Source: Minisyncoccia bacterium (lineage in GTDB: Bacteria > Patescibacteriota > Minisyncoccia > Phycocordibacterales > UBA918). Taken from it: a stretch of DNA of 64,000 nucleotides. The DNA lies in NCBI GenBank assembly GCA_041750655.1, contig JBGSYZ010000011.1, positions 1,794 through 65,793 on the forward strand, read 5' to 3'. The notes under the pieces are model-generated. The model did not search any database. It worked only from the letters and a program-made list of their open reading frames with translations, and was not told the origin of the DNA. Positions 31,509-39,849 of the stretch are shown here, in pieces (position 1 is the first letter of the stretch; each line of letters opens with the position of its first letter). Made by a program: the position numbers and the translations under genes.

Positions 31509-32315
31509 CTATTTCACACAACGAAAACCGATGGCGTCGCCAATCATATCTCCAGGGACATCGGCATGAACAGCATACACACCAGCATCATCACCACTTC
31601 CATAAAAACCACCTCTCATAATAGCCCATACTGAATTCTGATTGGTCCAAATGTAGTCATTGCCGTATTGCTCACTGCGAGTGGTAGTACTGGTCACAAT
31701 TGCAATACCTGAGGTATCAGCCGAAATAACATATCCTGTTTCAGGTAAATTTCTATCTTTCAACTTACCAGATACAACTTCATCACTGGTCCACTCCCAT
31801 ACATTACCTACTGTATCAAATACGCCGACAGCGGATTTACATTCCAAATTTTTTCCTGTTTCTGTTACCCCAGCTGTATCTATATTACACAAATCATTGT
31901 CCGGAGTACCAAGTGCTATCATGTGCCACTCTTCAGAGGTTGGCAGTCTCTTATCAGATTTAAGACACAAGGCAGCCGCTTGATCTCTTGTGACTGAGCG
32001 CCACGGCTTGGAACCTACTTTTGAAATTGCTTCACAACTTGAATTTTGAATATTTTCTAAAGTTGTTTTGGCATTATTTGGATTTGCATACAGGCAATTA
32101 GCAGAAGGGGAAGCTTCATACTCGTCAACACAGGTAAAACTAGCAGCGGTGGAAACCTCAATCATCCCCGCTGGACAGGTACCACCTGGGGCACCAATCA
32201 GTTGACCAAGCAACGTTGTGCGAGATCCAGAAAGTGTATCGGCCGCATCAATGCCGAGCGCAGTAATGACCGTAGCTCCAACCAAAACTAGAATTATTTT
32301 AAAAATTGATTTCAT
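31509..32315 (-). CDS. FGE-sulfatase / C-type lectin fold protein (paralog 3)
   Basis: CPAGM, KRLPTSEEW, GNVWEW, RGG, GFRC motifs; N-terminal hydrophobic segment. Confidence 0.88.
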   Translation of the reverse strand: MKSIFKIILVLVGATVITALGIDAADTLSGSRTTLLGQLIGAPGGTCPAGMIEVSTAASFTCVDEYEASPSANCLYANPNNAKTTLENIQNSSCEAISKVGSKPWRSVTRDQAAALCLKSDKRLPTSEEWHMIALGTPDNDLCNIDTAGVTETGKNLECKSAVGVFDTVGNVWEWTSDEVVSGKLKDRNLPETGYVISADTSGIAIVTSTTTRSEQYGNDYIWTNQNSVWAIMRGGFYGSGDDAGVYAVHADVPGDMIGDAIGFRCVK

Positions 32316-32324
32316 AAACCATTA

Positions 32325-33146
32325 CTACGTGTCAGCGACACAGCGAAAACCAACCGCCGAACCAGAAAAATTAAGTTCGACATCAGCATGAATACTATAT
32401 ATTCCCGCATCAGAACCACTTCCGTAGTAACCACCACGCATTGTTGCCATTATTCCATCTGGTCGTGACCAGAAATAGTCATCATGGAACATGACTTGTG
32501 CATCTTCTGATGTTTCAGTAGCTACTCCAGCACTGTCAGCATTAAGTACGTATCCAGATACAGGTAGTGGTCGATTATTATATACACCATCAACTACATC
32601 TCCAGAAACCCACTCCCACACATTGCCAATCATATTAATTGCCTGCGCTGCTGATTTACAATCTGAGTTTTTGTCAGCCGGTAGTACTGAATTGCCGTTG
32701 ACTGAACACTTTGATTCATCAGTTCCTAACGAGGCTTTATACCACTCTGTCTGATTAGGTAATCGTTTCCCTGCTTTGGCGCATAGTTCAACCGCCTGAT
32801 GATACGTAACATACGTCCATGGTAGTGCGTCCTCTACACTCTCTGGTAGACAACTAGCTTGTTGAATATTTTCTGCACTTTGTGAAGCATGACCAGGATT
32901 TTTTACAGGACAGTCTCGACCTACTGCTACTTCATACGTATCAATACAATAATCATCAACTCCATTTTCAACAAAAGCCATCCCGACTGGGCAACCACCT
33001 TCAGTCGCTCTATCAGCCAATAGTCCAAGAGCCGACTGAGAACCAGTAAGATACTGAGAGGCATCAATACCAAAACTGGTTAGTACCACAATACCAACCG
33101 TCACCATCAAAAAGCGAGCGCCGTTTTTAAACCACCTCATATACAT
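32325..33146 (-). CDS. FGE-sulfatase / C-type lectin fold protein (paralog 2)
   Basis: CPVGM, KRLPNQTEW, MIGNVWEW, RGG, GFRC. Confidence 0.88.
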   Translation of the reverse strand: MYMRWFKNGARFLMVTVGIVVLTSFGIDASQYLTGSQSALGLLADRATEGGCPVGMAFVENGVDDYCIDTYEVAVGRDCPVKNPGHASQSAENIQQASCLPESVEDALPWTYVTYHQAVELCAKAGKRLPNQTEWYKASLGTDESKCSVNGNSVLPADKNSDCKSAAQAINMIGNVWEWVSGDVVDGVYNNRPLPVSGYVLNADSAGVATETSEDAQVMFHDDYFWSRPDGIMATMRGGYYGSGSDAGIYSIHADVELNFSGSAVGFRCVADT

Positions 33147-33196
33147 TTATTGTAGCACTCAACTAACCAAACCAGCTGTATTTATAAAGAAAAATT

Positions 33197-34000
33197 CTAT
33201 ATATCTTTTACACACCTAAAACCAAGTCCGTTAGTACGCAAATCAAACGGTACCGCTAGATTTTGAGCAAAAATACCAGCATCCTCTTCTCCGTCATAAA
33301 AACCACCTCGAATCATCCCGAACACACCATTTTTATTAATCCATGCATAATCGTTACCAAAATTAGATTGTGGACTAGAATCTGTTTCCACTACCACGCC
33401 ACTATTATCTACAACCTTAACGTAACCGGCTTCAGGTAAGTTTCTATCCTCGTATTTGCCGTCAGTCACAGATTCGTCTACCCATTCCCACACATTACCG
33501 ACTAAGTCATATAGACCAGCTTCTGTCTTACAATTGGTTGAAGCAGTCTTTTGTGGTTGTTTCTGATTTACCACACAAGAATCTTGATTTTGTAGGGTTA
33601 AGCTAAGTTTGTACCATTCTGATCCAGTCGGTATACGCTTCCCCACCCGAGCGCACAATTGCTGGGCTTCAGTTAATGACACAAAGCGCCACGGCACAAC
33701 ACCTGAACGAGATTCTGGTACGCAACTTTTTTCCAAAAGATTTCCAGCCGTATCAGCAGCCGTGTTGGTCTCAGGGTACGGACACGCAGCGGAGACACTA
33801 GCTTCAAAATTATCTACACATAAGCTATTGCCAGACATTTGCATAAGGGTTGCACCTGTTCCACAAATATTTACTTGTTCAGAGACCAATCCTGGTAAAG
33901 AACCTTCTATACCTCGGAGGATATCGCTCGCTTGAATTGCTAAGGTCGAAAGAACCAGTGCTCCCACACCAATGGCGGTTCCCTTAATTACCCTTCGCAT
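33197..34000 (-). CDS. FGE-sulfatase / C-type lectin fold protein (paralog 1)
   Basis: KRIPTGSEW, LVGNVWEW, RGG, GFRC. Confidence 0.88.
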   Translation of the reverse strand: MRRVIKGTAIGVGALVLSTLAIQASDILRGIEGSLPGLVSEQVNICGTGATLMQMSGNSLCVDNFEASVSAACPYPETNTAADTAGNLLEKSCVPESRSGVVPWRFVSLTEAQQLCARVGKRIPTGSEWYKLSLTLQNQDSCVVNQKQPQKTASTNCKTEAGLYDLVGNVWEWVDESVTDGKYEDRNLPEAGYVKVVDNSGVVVETDSSPQSNFGNDYAWINKNGVFGMIRGGFYDGEEDAGIFAQNLAVPFDLRTNGLGFRCVKDI

Positions 34001-34400
34001 AGGTCACCTGATTTTTATTTTTGTTGTCTCGGACAAAATCCAGAGCGTAGTTAAGGATGATAAGTGTCAGCAGGATAAAAAGAATAATACTTAAGATAAA
34101 GGTGGAGGTGTCGGGAGATTGAGTGGCGAGAGGATTTGAATTCAATGTAATCTCTCGTTCTTTTACTTCTTGTTCACGCACATTTAGTTCTTGCTCTTTT
34201 TTGGTAAGCTCGGCGGTCATTAAGCTAAGCTCGGTTGCTTCCACACCAGCTGAAACCCCGATCACGTTACCTAAATACAATTGGGTATTGTGGGAGAGTT
34301 CTTTAGTTATTGGTAGTACAAAACCGCTATCAAACAATAAAACCAAAGCCACTGCGGCGCTCGCTACACGTAACAAGCTGTGATACAGAGAATGCTGCAT
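33984..34400 (-). CDS. Small two-TM protein with central coiled coil
   Basis: Hydrophobic N- and C-terminal segments around ELTKKEQELNVREQEVKERE; overlaps the start of the next gene. Confidence 0.7.
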   Translation of the reverse strand: MQHSLYHSLLRVASAAVALVLLFDSGFVLPITKELSHNTQLYLGNVIGVSAGVEATELSLMTAELTKKEQELNVREQEVKEREITLNSNPLATQSPDTSTFILSIILFILLTLIILNYALDFVRDNKNKNQVTYAKGN

Positions 34401-34420
34401 ATTATCTATATGATAACAGG

Positions 34421-35479
34421 TTATGCAAAGAGTATCAGCAATAAGATGAGGAATAGTGCTGTGACAGTGAGTAGTACAATAGACACAAGCATAAGCATAG
34501 ATAGTTGTTTGCTCTTGCGCTGTCGGCGCACAAGCTGTCTACGGGCACCAGAAATTTGTTGTACAGCCCTGCGAACGTACAAACGAACTGCAAAGTAACT
34601 TACTAATAGCAGTACAACTAATATAATCAGCGCCGGACCAATAATTTTCATTGGTAATATCCAAAATGAGACCGTAGCATCAATGGTACGATTGCCGCCG
34701 TCTGCCTCGTATACGAGCGCGAGGACAGCCTGGTATCGCCCAAAACCTGGATTCTCATCAGCCCAACTTTGAGTAAAGTCGCGAATGGTGCCCGGGAAAA
34801 CACCAGCCTCAGTGTCATTAAAGGTAGCGGTATGAACACGACGTCCAAACATATTAAACACCTCTAACGGACCAGTAGGGCGCACCAACACTGTACCGGT
34901 ATTCTGGATACGAACATTAAACTTTACATCAGTACTGCCGTGAATTATCTTTTCTGTTGAAAACTCTCGTATCTGAGCACTCACCGTTGCATCACCAGAA
35001 ATTCTGATACTAACAATACTGGCTACATCATAACCAACACTGGCCCCAATTTCCCTAAATTTTGGTGGTTCAACAGAAACAAAGACGCCACCAAAGTGAC
35101 TACCTGGGGTCGCATTATCTGGTATGTTGATAGTAAATTGTAAATTCTTTTTTCCACCAGCTGGAAGCGTAATCGGTTCAGATGGTAAATCTAGCCAAGT
35201 ACTCAATTCAAAGCCAGTTAATTCTTGACCGGGTTTGGCGAACTCAGGAGCGTTGCCATCACGTACTCCGACAATGTCACGCGCGAAAATATAATATAGT
35301 TGCTCCTTATCACTAAGGTTAGTAATTTCAATCTCTTCATTAATTACTTCTCCAGGATCAGCCGCTGCCTCAATGGTGGCTCGGTTAATACTAATTCCAG
35401 CTGAGCTCTGCGCTAGGGTTACATTTGGTATCAGTAAGACAAAAAAAAGAACCAGTGAAGTTGCTTTAAATAAGTTCAT
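34421..35479 (-). CDS. Membrane-anchored DUF916/WxL-interacting-like (PapD-like Ig) protein
   Basis: Signal peptide; PGE..IEITN, FTINIPDNATPGSHFGGV, IQNTGTVLVRP motifs; two C-terminal TMs. Confidence 0.7.
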   Translation of the reverse strand: MNLFKATSLVLFFVLLIPNVTLAQSSAGISINRATIEAAADPGEVINEEIEITNLSDKEQLYYIFARDIVGVRDGNAPEFAKPGQELTGFELSTWLDLPSEPITLPAGGKKNLQFTINIPDNATPGSHFGGVFVSVEPPKFREIGASVGYDVASIVSIRISGDATVSAQIREFSTEKIIHGSTDVKFNVRIQNTGTVLVRPTGPLEVFNMFGRRVHTATFNDTEAGVFPGTIRDFTQSWADENPGFGRYQAVLALVYEADGGNRTIDATVSFWILPMKIIGPALIILVVLLLVSYFAVRLYVRRAVQQISGARRQLVRRQRKSKQLSMLMLVSIVLLTVTALFLILLLILFA

Positions 35480-35554
35480 AAATAGGTTCTGCTATTTTAG
35501 CATTAATGGCTATAGTTTCGACTTAACACCTGTATATAAGAGAGGGTGTCTACA

Positions 35555-35586
35555 AAACAAAAAGACCCCGAAGGGTCATTTTGTTT
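35555..35586 (-). terminator. Intrinsic terminator after the 377-aa gene
   Basis: Minus strand GACCC-TTCG-GGGTC followed by TTTTTGTTTT. Confidence 0.85.
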
Positions 35587-35614
35587 GGCATTACTATCCT
35601 TAAACTAACTTAGA

Positions 35615-36748
35615 TTAGAAGGTCGGTGTAGCAATGTAAGTAAGTGTCGTGTTGTAGTCATTTCCAGCTTCCTGGAGTGGAGAGATTTGGATTTGGTAAC
35701 CAATAGTGGTTGAACCAATATCGTTGGTCACTCCGTCAGTAGCACTCGCATGAGTAAAGATAATTCGGGGAGTGGTACTGGCAGCGACCCAACGGTCGTT
35801 AACTCCAGCATTGTATCCATCGTCATCTGAGGTAAGCCCCCAGTGACCCCATGTATTATCTTGTGCGATGTTGTTACCCGGCGCAGTCCATGCAGTTGGC
35901 GTATCCAGGTATGAACCGTTAGTGAAACTGTCAATAACTGCTCCCGTTGATGACTGTAGGTCCTGACTTTGCTCAACCGTTACCACGAAGCCGTTGGCGG
36001 CGTTGGTATCAACGTTTAGCTGGTGAGCTAAAGTTTTTGATACGTTTGAGGTTAGGACCCCAAATGGTAACGAAGTCGAGTCAGTACTAGCAGTAGTGGT
36101 AGTGGCCACTCCCGGAATGACAAATCCAGATGGAGTACCGTTAACTACGAAGTCAAATCGAGTTGGTACTGAAGCTGTAACTAAGACTGAGTCAGTGATA
36201 GCAATTCGAGTTTGACCTGAATCTGGAATTGTACCGGCAATATCTACTGTGTATGAAGTTGTCGCAGTAGGATTCACAATCTGATTTACACCAGCTAATG
36301 TGTGGTCACCAATTCTGACTGTGAGTCGAGAACTAGAGGCTACGTTGTCAGTTGGAGAAGTAAGACGCAAACTTTGGGCATCTGGAGTTACAAGAGTTAG
36401 ACCAAACACTCCTGCTCCGGCAGCTGCTGCTGTTGCTGTTGCTGCTCCATTTATAGCAACGTCAACATCTCCTGCTGCTAGTGCTGAGAGATCAATCCCA
36501 GCTTCGAAAGTAATATCAAGTGTTTGACCTGATACCATTCCGTTAGGAAGAATAAAGTCGAGTGTATGGTTGGCTGGTTGATCGGAAACAGAGTCGCTAA
36601 TGAGATCACTGAATTCAATGACGTTAGCAGCTTTGGCTTGTTTACCGATGAACTGAGCTCCAACCATCCACAACAATAACGCAGTGGCTAAAAGCATCGC
36701 GATTGCTTTAGAGCCGGCGTCATTGTGAGATGAATAAGAAACGAACAT
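35615..36748 (-). CDS. Secreted two-domain protein with WxL/fimbrial-like C-terminus; candidate major subunit
   Basis: Signal peptide (AKAA); LPFGVL, LNVDTNAANGFVVTV, terminal AGNDYNTTLTYIATPTF strand; has its own promoter and terminator. Confidence 0.7.
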   Translation of the reverse strand: MFVSYSSHNDAGSKAIAMLLATALLLWMVGAQFIGKQAKAANVIEFSDLISDSVSDQPANHTLDFILPNGMVSGQTLDITFEAGIDLSALAAGDVDVAINGAATATAAAAGAGVFGLTLVTPDAQSLRLTSPTDNVASSSRLTVRIGDHTLAGVNQIVNPTATTSYTVDIAGTIPDSGQTRIAITDSVLVTASVPTRFDFVVNGTPSGFVIPGVATTTTASTDSTSLPFGVLTSNVSKTLAHQLNVDTNAANGFVVTVEQSQDLQSSTGAVIDSFTNGSYLDTPTAWTAPGNNIAQDNTWGHWGLTSDDDGYNAGVNDRWVAASTTPRIIFTHASATDGVTNDIGSTTIGYQIQISPLQEAGNDYNTTLTYIATPTF

Positions 36749-36782
36749 GTTCTTTGTATTTTAATTACTAAATAACTTTCTC

Positions 36783-36911
36783 TACACTGTACCTCGCGGT
36801 CAGATGTATCGATGATGTGACGTTGTGGAGATGTAGTTCACTTACTTTATAAAACGTCAGCCGCTTTATATAAGTTCACTACCGCCCAATCATCTTCTAC
36901 CCTTAATTATA
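36783..36911 (-). promoter_or_regulatory. -10 box (TATAAT) and ~150-nt structured 5' leader
   Basis: TATAAT at 36911-36906; nested pairings GATGAT/ATCATC, GTAGT/ACTAC, TATAAAGCG/CGTTTTATA; second hairpin with a GCGA loop. Confidence 0.5.
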
Positions 36912-37067
36912 CCGGACATTTATAAGACTTGTCCGTAATTACTGTTGATAACGGTCATTATATAAATATTTTACGTAAACTAGATTACAGCTGTATTTTA
37001 AATTATATTACGTGTCTTTGATTTCAATATTTTGACCTATAGAGACACCCACTAAAGTACATTTCCT

Positions 37068-38306
37068 TTAGCTGGCTTTTACGGTGGGGATATCGCTCCA
37101 GCGTGTGGTTTTATGGCCAGAATTCCAAGCGTTTTTGGTCAGCGCATGCTGTTTATTATTTCCAAAAAACGATACCCCTTCTGAACCAAACTTCTTATTT
37201 ATATTGTCGACTACAGACATAAGTCCACTATCTAATACCGTACCAAACAATGAGCTGGTTGTAGCCGCCGCATCGGTAATATCAAAAATAATAATGCCGG
37301 CTTTTTTGTACGGAATACCGGTGCGGTGTTTGCTTCGCAAACACCGCATTGCTTCAGTTAAAAACACCCGTGTGTCATTGGTTGGCTCACTAAGCAAGAC
37401 ATCTTCATATATACCCTGCATAGCAAAATCACTAAACCGAGATGGTCGTACCAGTACTTTAAACGACCGCGCAACCGCACCCATTTCCCGAAGTTCTTTA
37501 GTAGCGTGCTCAACGTGATGCGCCAGGGCTTTTTCTAAGGAAGATAAATCATCCGTGGCTTCACCGAAGGAACGAGTGCTCATGATGCTGTGTTGGAGAC
37601 CAATTTTGGAATGTAATGGCTCGGCCGGCTTCCCAAGGAGCTCACTTTGTAGTCTGACGCCTACCACCCCGAATACTCTGGCAATCTGGGCAGAATCAGC
37701 CTGCATTAAGTCAGCCGGGGTCGATATACCTGTATCGATACACTTGCGGCTTAAACCGCCTCCTACACCCCACAGCGTCCCTATAGGCACTGACTTTGAT
37801 TCCTTTTGCCACATATCATCACTGAGAATACATACCCCCGGACCCTTCTTAGCGCGGTGATTGGCCACTTTGGCTAAAGTCTTGGTTTTAGCCACGCCGA
37901 TGGAGACTGGTACACCGACTTTTCTTTCAACAGTAGTTTTTATGTGACGGATTGTAGCTTCGCGTACATCCGCCTCCTCCACACTAAAAAATGCTTCATC
38001 TACTGAATATTGCTGCATATTCTCTACTTCTTCTCTCAATACCCGCATTACTCGGGCTGATATATCACGATATAAGGTAAAATTAGAGGAAAATACCACT
38101 ACACCTGCTGCTTCAAACTCCTGCTTAACCTTAAAGTAAGGCACTCCCATGGGAATCCCCATATCTTTGACTTCCTGACTGCGAGCTACCACACAACCGT
38201 CGTTACTCGACAGCACCACTACTGGCTGCTTAGCTAAATCTGGCCGAAAAAGCCGTTCACACGACACAAAAAAATTATTACAATCCAAGAGCCCAACCCA
38301 TTTCAT
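37068..38306 (-). CDS. umuC: Y-family DNA polymerase V catalytic subunit
   Basis: LLDCNNFFVSCE, VVLSSNDGCVVARS, YSVDEAF, TKTLAKVAN, YKKAGI; start moved to MKWV at 38306, which has TATAAT just upstream. Confidence 0.9.
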   Translation of the reverse strand: MKWVGLLDCNNFFVSCERLFRPDLAKQPVVVLSSNDGCVVARSQEVKDMGIPMGVPYFKVKQEFEAAGVVVFSSNFTLYRDISARVMRVLREEVENMQQYSVDEAFFSVEEADVREATIRHIKTTVERKVGVPVSIGVAKTKTLAKVANHRAKKGPGVCILSDDMWQKESKSVPIGTLWGVGGGLSRKCIDTGISTPADLMQADSAQIARVFGVVGVRLQSELLGKPAEPLHSKIGLQHSIMSTRSFGEATDDLSSLEKALAHHVEHATKELREMGAVARSFKVLVRPSRFSDFAMQGIYEDVLLSEPTNDTRVFLTEAMRCLRSKHRTGIPYKKAGIIIFDITDAAATTSSLFGTVLDSGLMSVVDNINKKFGSEGVSFFGNNKQHALTKNAWNSGHKTTRWSDIPTVKAS

Positions 38307-38352
38307 TAATTTATTATACAAAAAATTGTACTGTTTTATCTCTTTTGAGAGA

Positions 38353-39789
38353 TCAGCGATTTTTAATCGCGTTGTACACTGGTTTATGGCTATCGTCATA
38401 GCGAATGAGACCAAAGAAATTTTCGATGGTATTAGTTGTAGTGCCTAAATCCTTATAACTATACAAAAATAGCGGCCCATCCCAGGTATAGTTTTGAGTA
38501 TCATAAATAGCGTCCATAATTATTTCAGTTTGCAGACTTTCCGTTACATGGTTTGGATACACCCCCATCTTTATGTTGCCGACATCAGAAACCACATTTG
38601 AGCCATTAGTTGGTGCCCCAAATTCAGTGAGCCAAATTTGCTTGGTACTGTCCCCATGGCTAGTCATAATACTGCGCACGCTTTGTTTGGTGTTAGCCAT
38701 TTGTTGCCACGCATTCCAGCTCTTATCATAACTTGGTGAAACCGGGAAAGTGTACGGATGAAAACCAACAGCATCAAAATACGCATTACCTCCTTGATTA
38801 TAGAGTTCATCTATAAAATCAACTGCTGCTATATTTCCGTTTCCGTTAGCAATTGGACCGACTCCACCAGAAATAACAACAGCATGGCTGTCACGGGACT
38901 TAATAGCTCGGTGAGCCGCTTTAAGCACAGCAATATAATCCTCAACATCAGCCCCAGAATTCCAAAATATCTTAATATTTGGCTCATTCCAAATTTCCCA
39001 AGCATATATACCTTGAGGTGAATATCTCTCAACAGCTTTACCAATAAATGCAGCAAACGCTTCTGGATCAGCTGGCGGGCAATGAAGGTCCCATGAACAC
39101 ACTGGGCTACGAGCATATTCGGGTACTAATGACATTACAGGGAGTAATTTTATACCCCTAGCATTTGCCGCTTTTACCAATCTATCTACGTTAGCCCAAT
39201 GATAATTACCATTCTCGTTCCATTGTACTGACCGCCAGCTTAAATCAAAACGTAGCCAAGCAAGCTTCATATCAACAAAATCATCTAGCACAGCATTCAG
39301 TTCTGCATCACTAAGATTAAAAAGTGTTTCGCCCAAAGAGATGCCTAGACCTTGGCTACTAACTACTGGAATAGAAGAAACTAAGGCAGGTGGTACCACC
39401 GTAACTGGTACTATCTTATCTATGCTAACTGGTGGATTTTTAGTACCAGAATTCTTTACTACTTCTGACGGTTTGACTTTTTTTTCAATCTGGCTACTTG
39501 GAATCGAGCTTTCTACCACAGAAGCTGGCTGAGTATCAGAATCAGAAGTCGTAGCCTGTTCTAAAATTACTGTGTGACTCTCATTACTTGACGTAACTAC
39601 AGATGTTCCTGGAGTATCAATATTAGTCCTCTCGTCCACTACAACTGTTTTTGACGTGTTTTCATACACAACTGAGTTAGTAGTCACTACCATTTTGAGC
39701 ACCATAACCGAGACAATAAAAAACACCGCTACAATGAGCAGAAAAACCTTAAACGAATTAAAAAAAATGGCTAATTTTCGGCTTTGCAT
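38353..39789 (-). CDS. Membrane-anchored clan GH-A glycoside hydrolase (GH5/GH39-like)
   Basis: N-terminal TM, Ser/Thr/Val linker, WEIWNEPN acid/base motif, GFHPY, IWLTEFG nucleophile motif. Confidence 0.85.
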   Translation of the reverse strand: MQSRKLAIFFNSFKVFLLIVAVFFIVSVMVLKMVVTTNSVVYENTSKTVVVDERTNIDTPGTSVVTSSNESHTVILEQATTSDSDTQPASVVESSIPSSQIEKKVKPSEVVKNSGTKNPPVSIDKIVPVTVVPPALVSSIPVVSSQGLGISLGETLFNLSDAELNAVLDDFVDMKLAWLRFDLSWRSVQWNENGNYHWANVDRLVKAANARGIKLLPVMSLVPEYARSPVCSWDLHCPPADPEAFAAFIGKAVERYSPQGIYAWEIWNEPNIKIFWNSGADVEDYIAVLKAAHRAIKSRDSHAVVISGGVGPIANGNGNIAAVDFIDELYNQGGNAYFDAVGFHPYTFPVSPSYDKSWNAWQQMANTKQSVRSIMTSHGDSTKQIWLTEFGAPTNGSNVVSDVGNIKMGVYPNHVTESLQTEIIMDAIYDTQNYTWDGPLFLYSYKDLGTTTNTIENFFGLIRYDDSHKPVYNAIKNR

Positions 39790-39849
39790 AATATGTGTGA
39801 CTCAAGTATAGTGACCATATTAAAGCATATCAATGTACAATATTAACGT

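Noticed and set aside
31509-34000. Active diversity-generating retroelement
   Set aside because: No reverse transcriptase, Avd or template repeat was seen in the window. The three 3' ends differ at synonymous non-adenine positions, so they do not derive from one template.
37068-38306. UmuC as a dedicated diversifier of the adjacent surface locus
   Set aside because: Adjacency is the only support; no targeting signal or hypervariable tract is visible in a single sequence.
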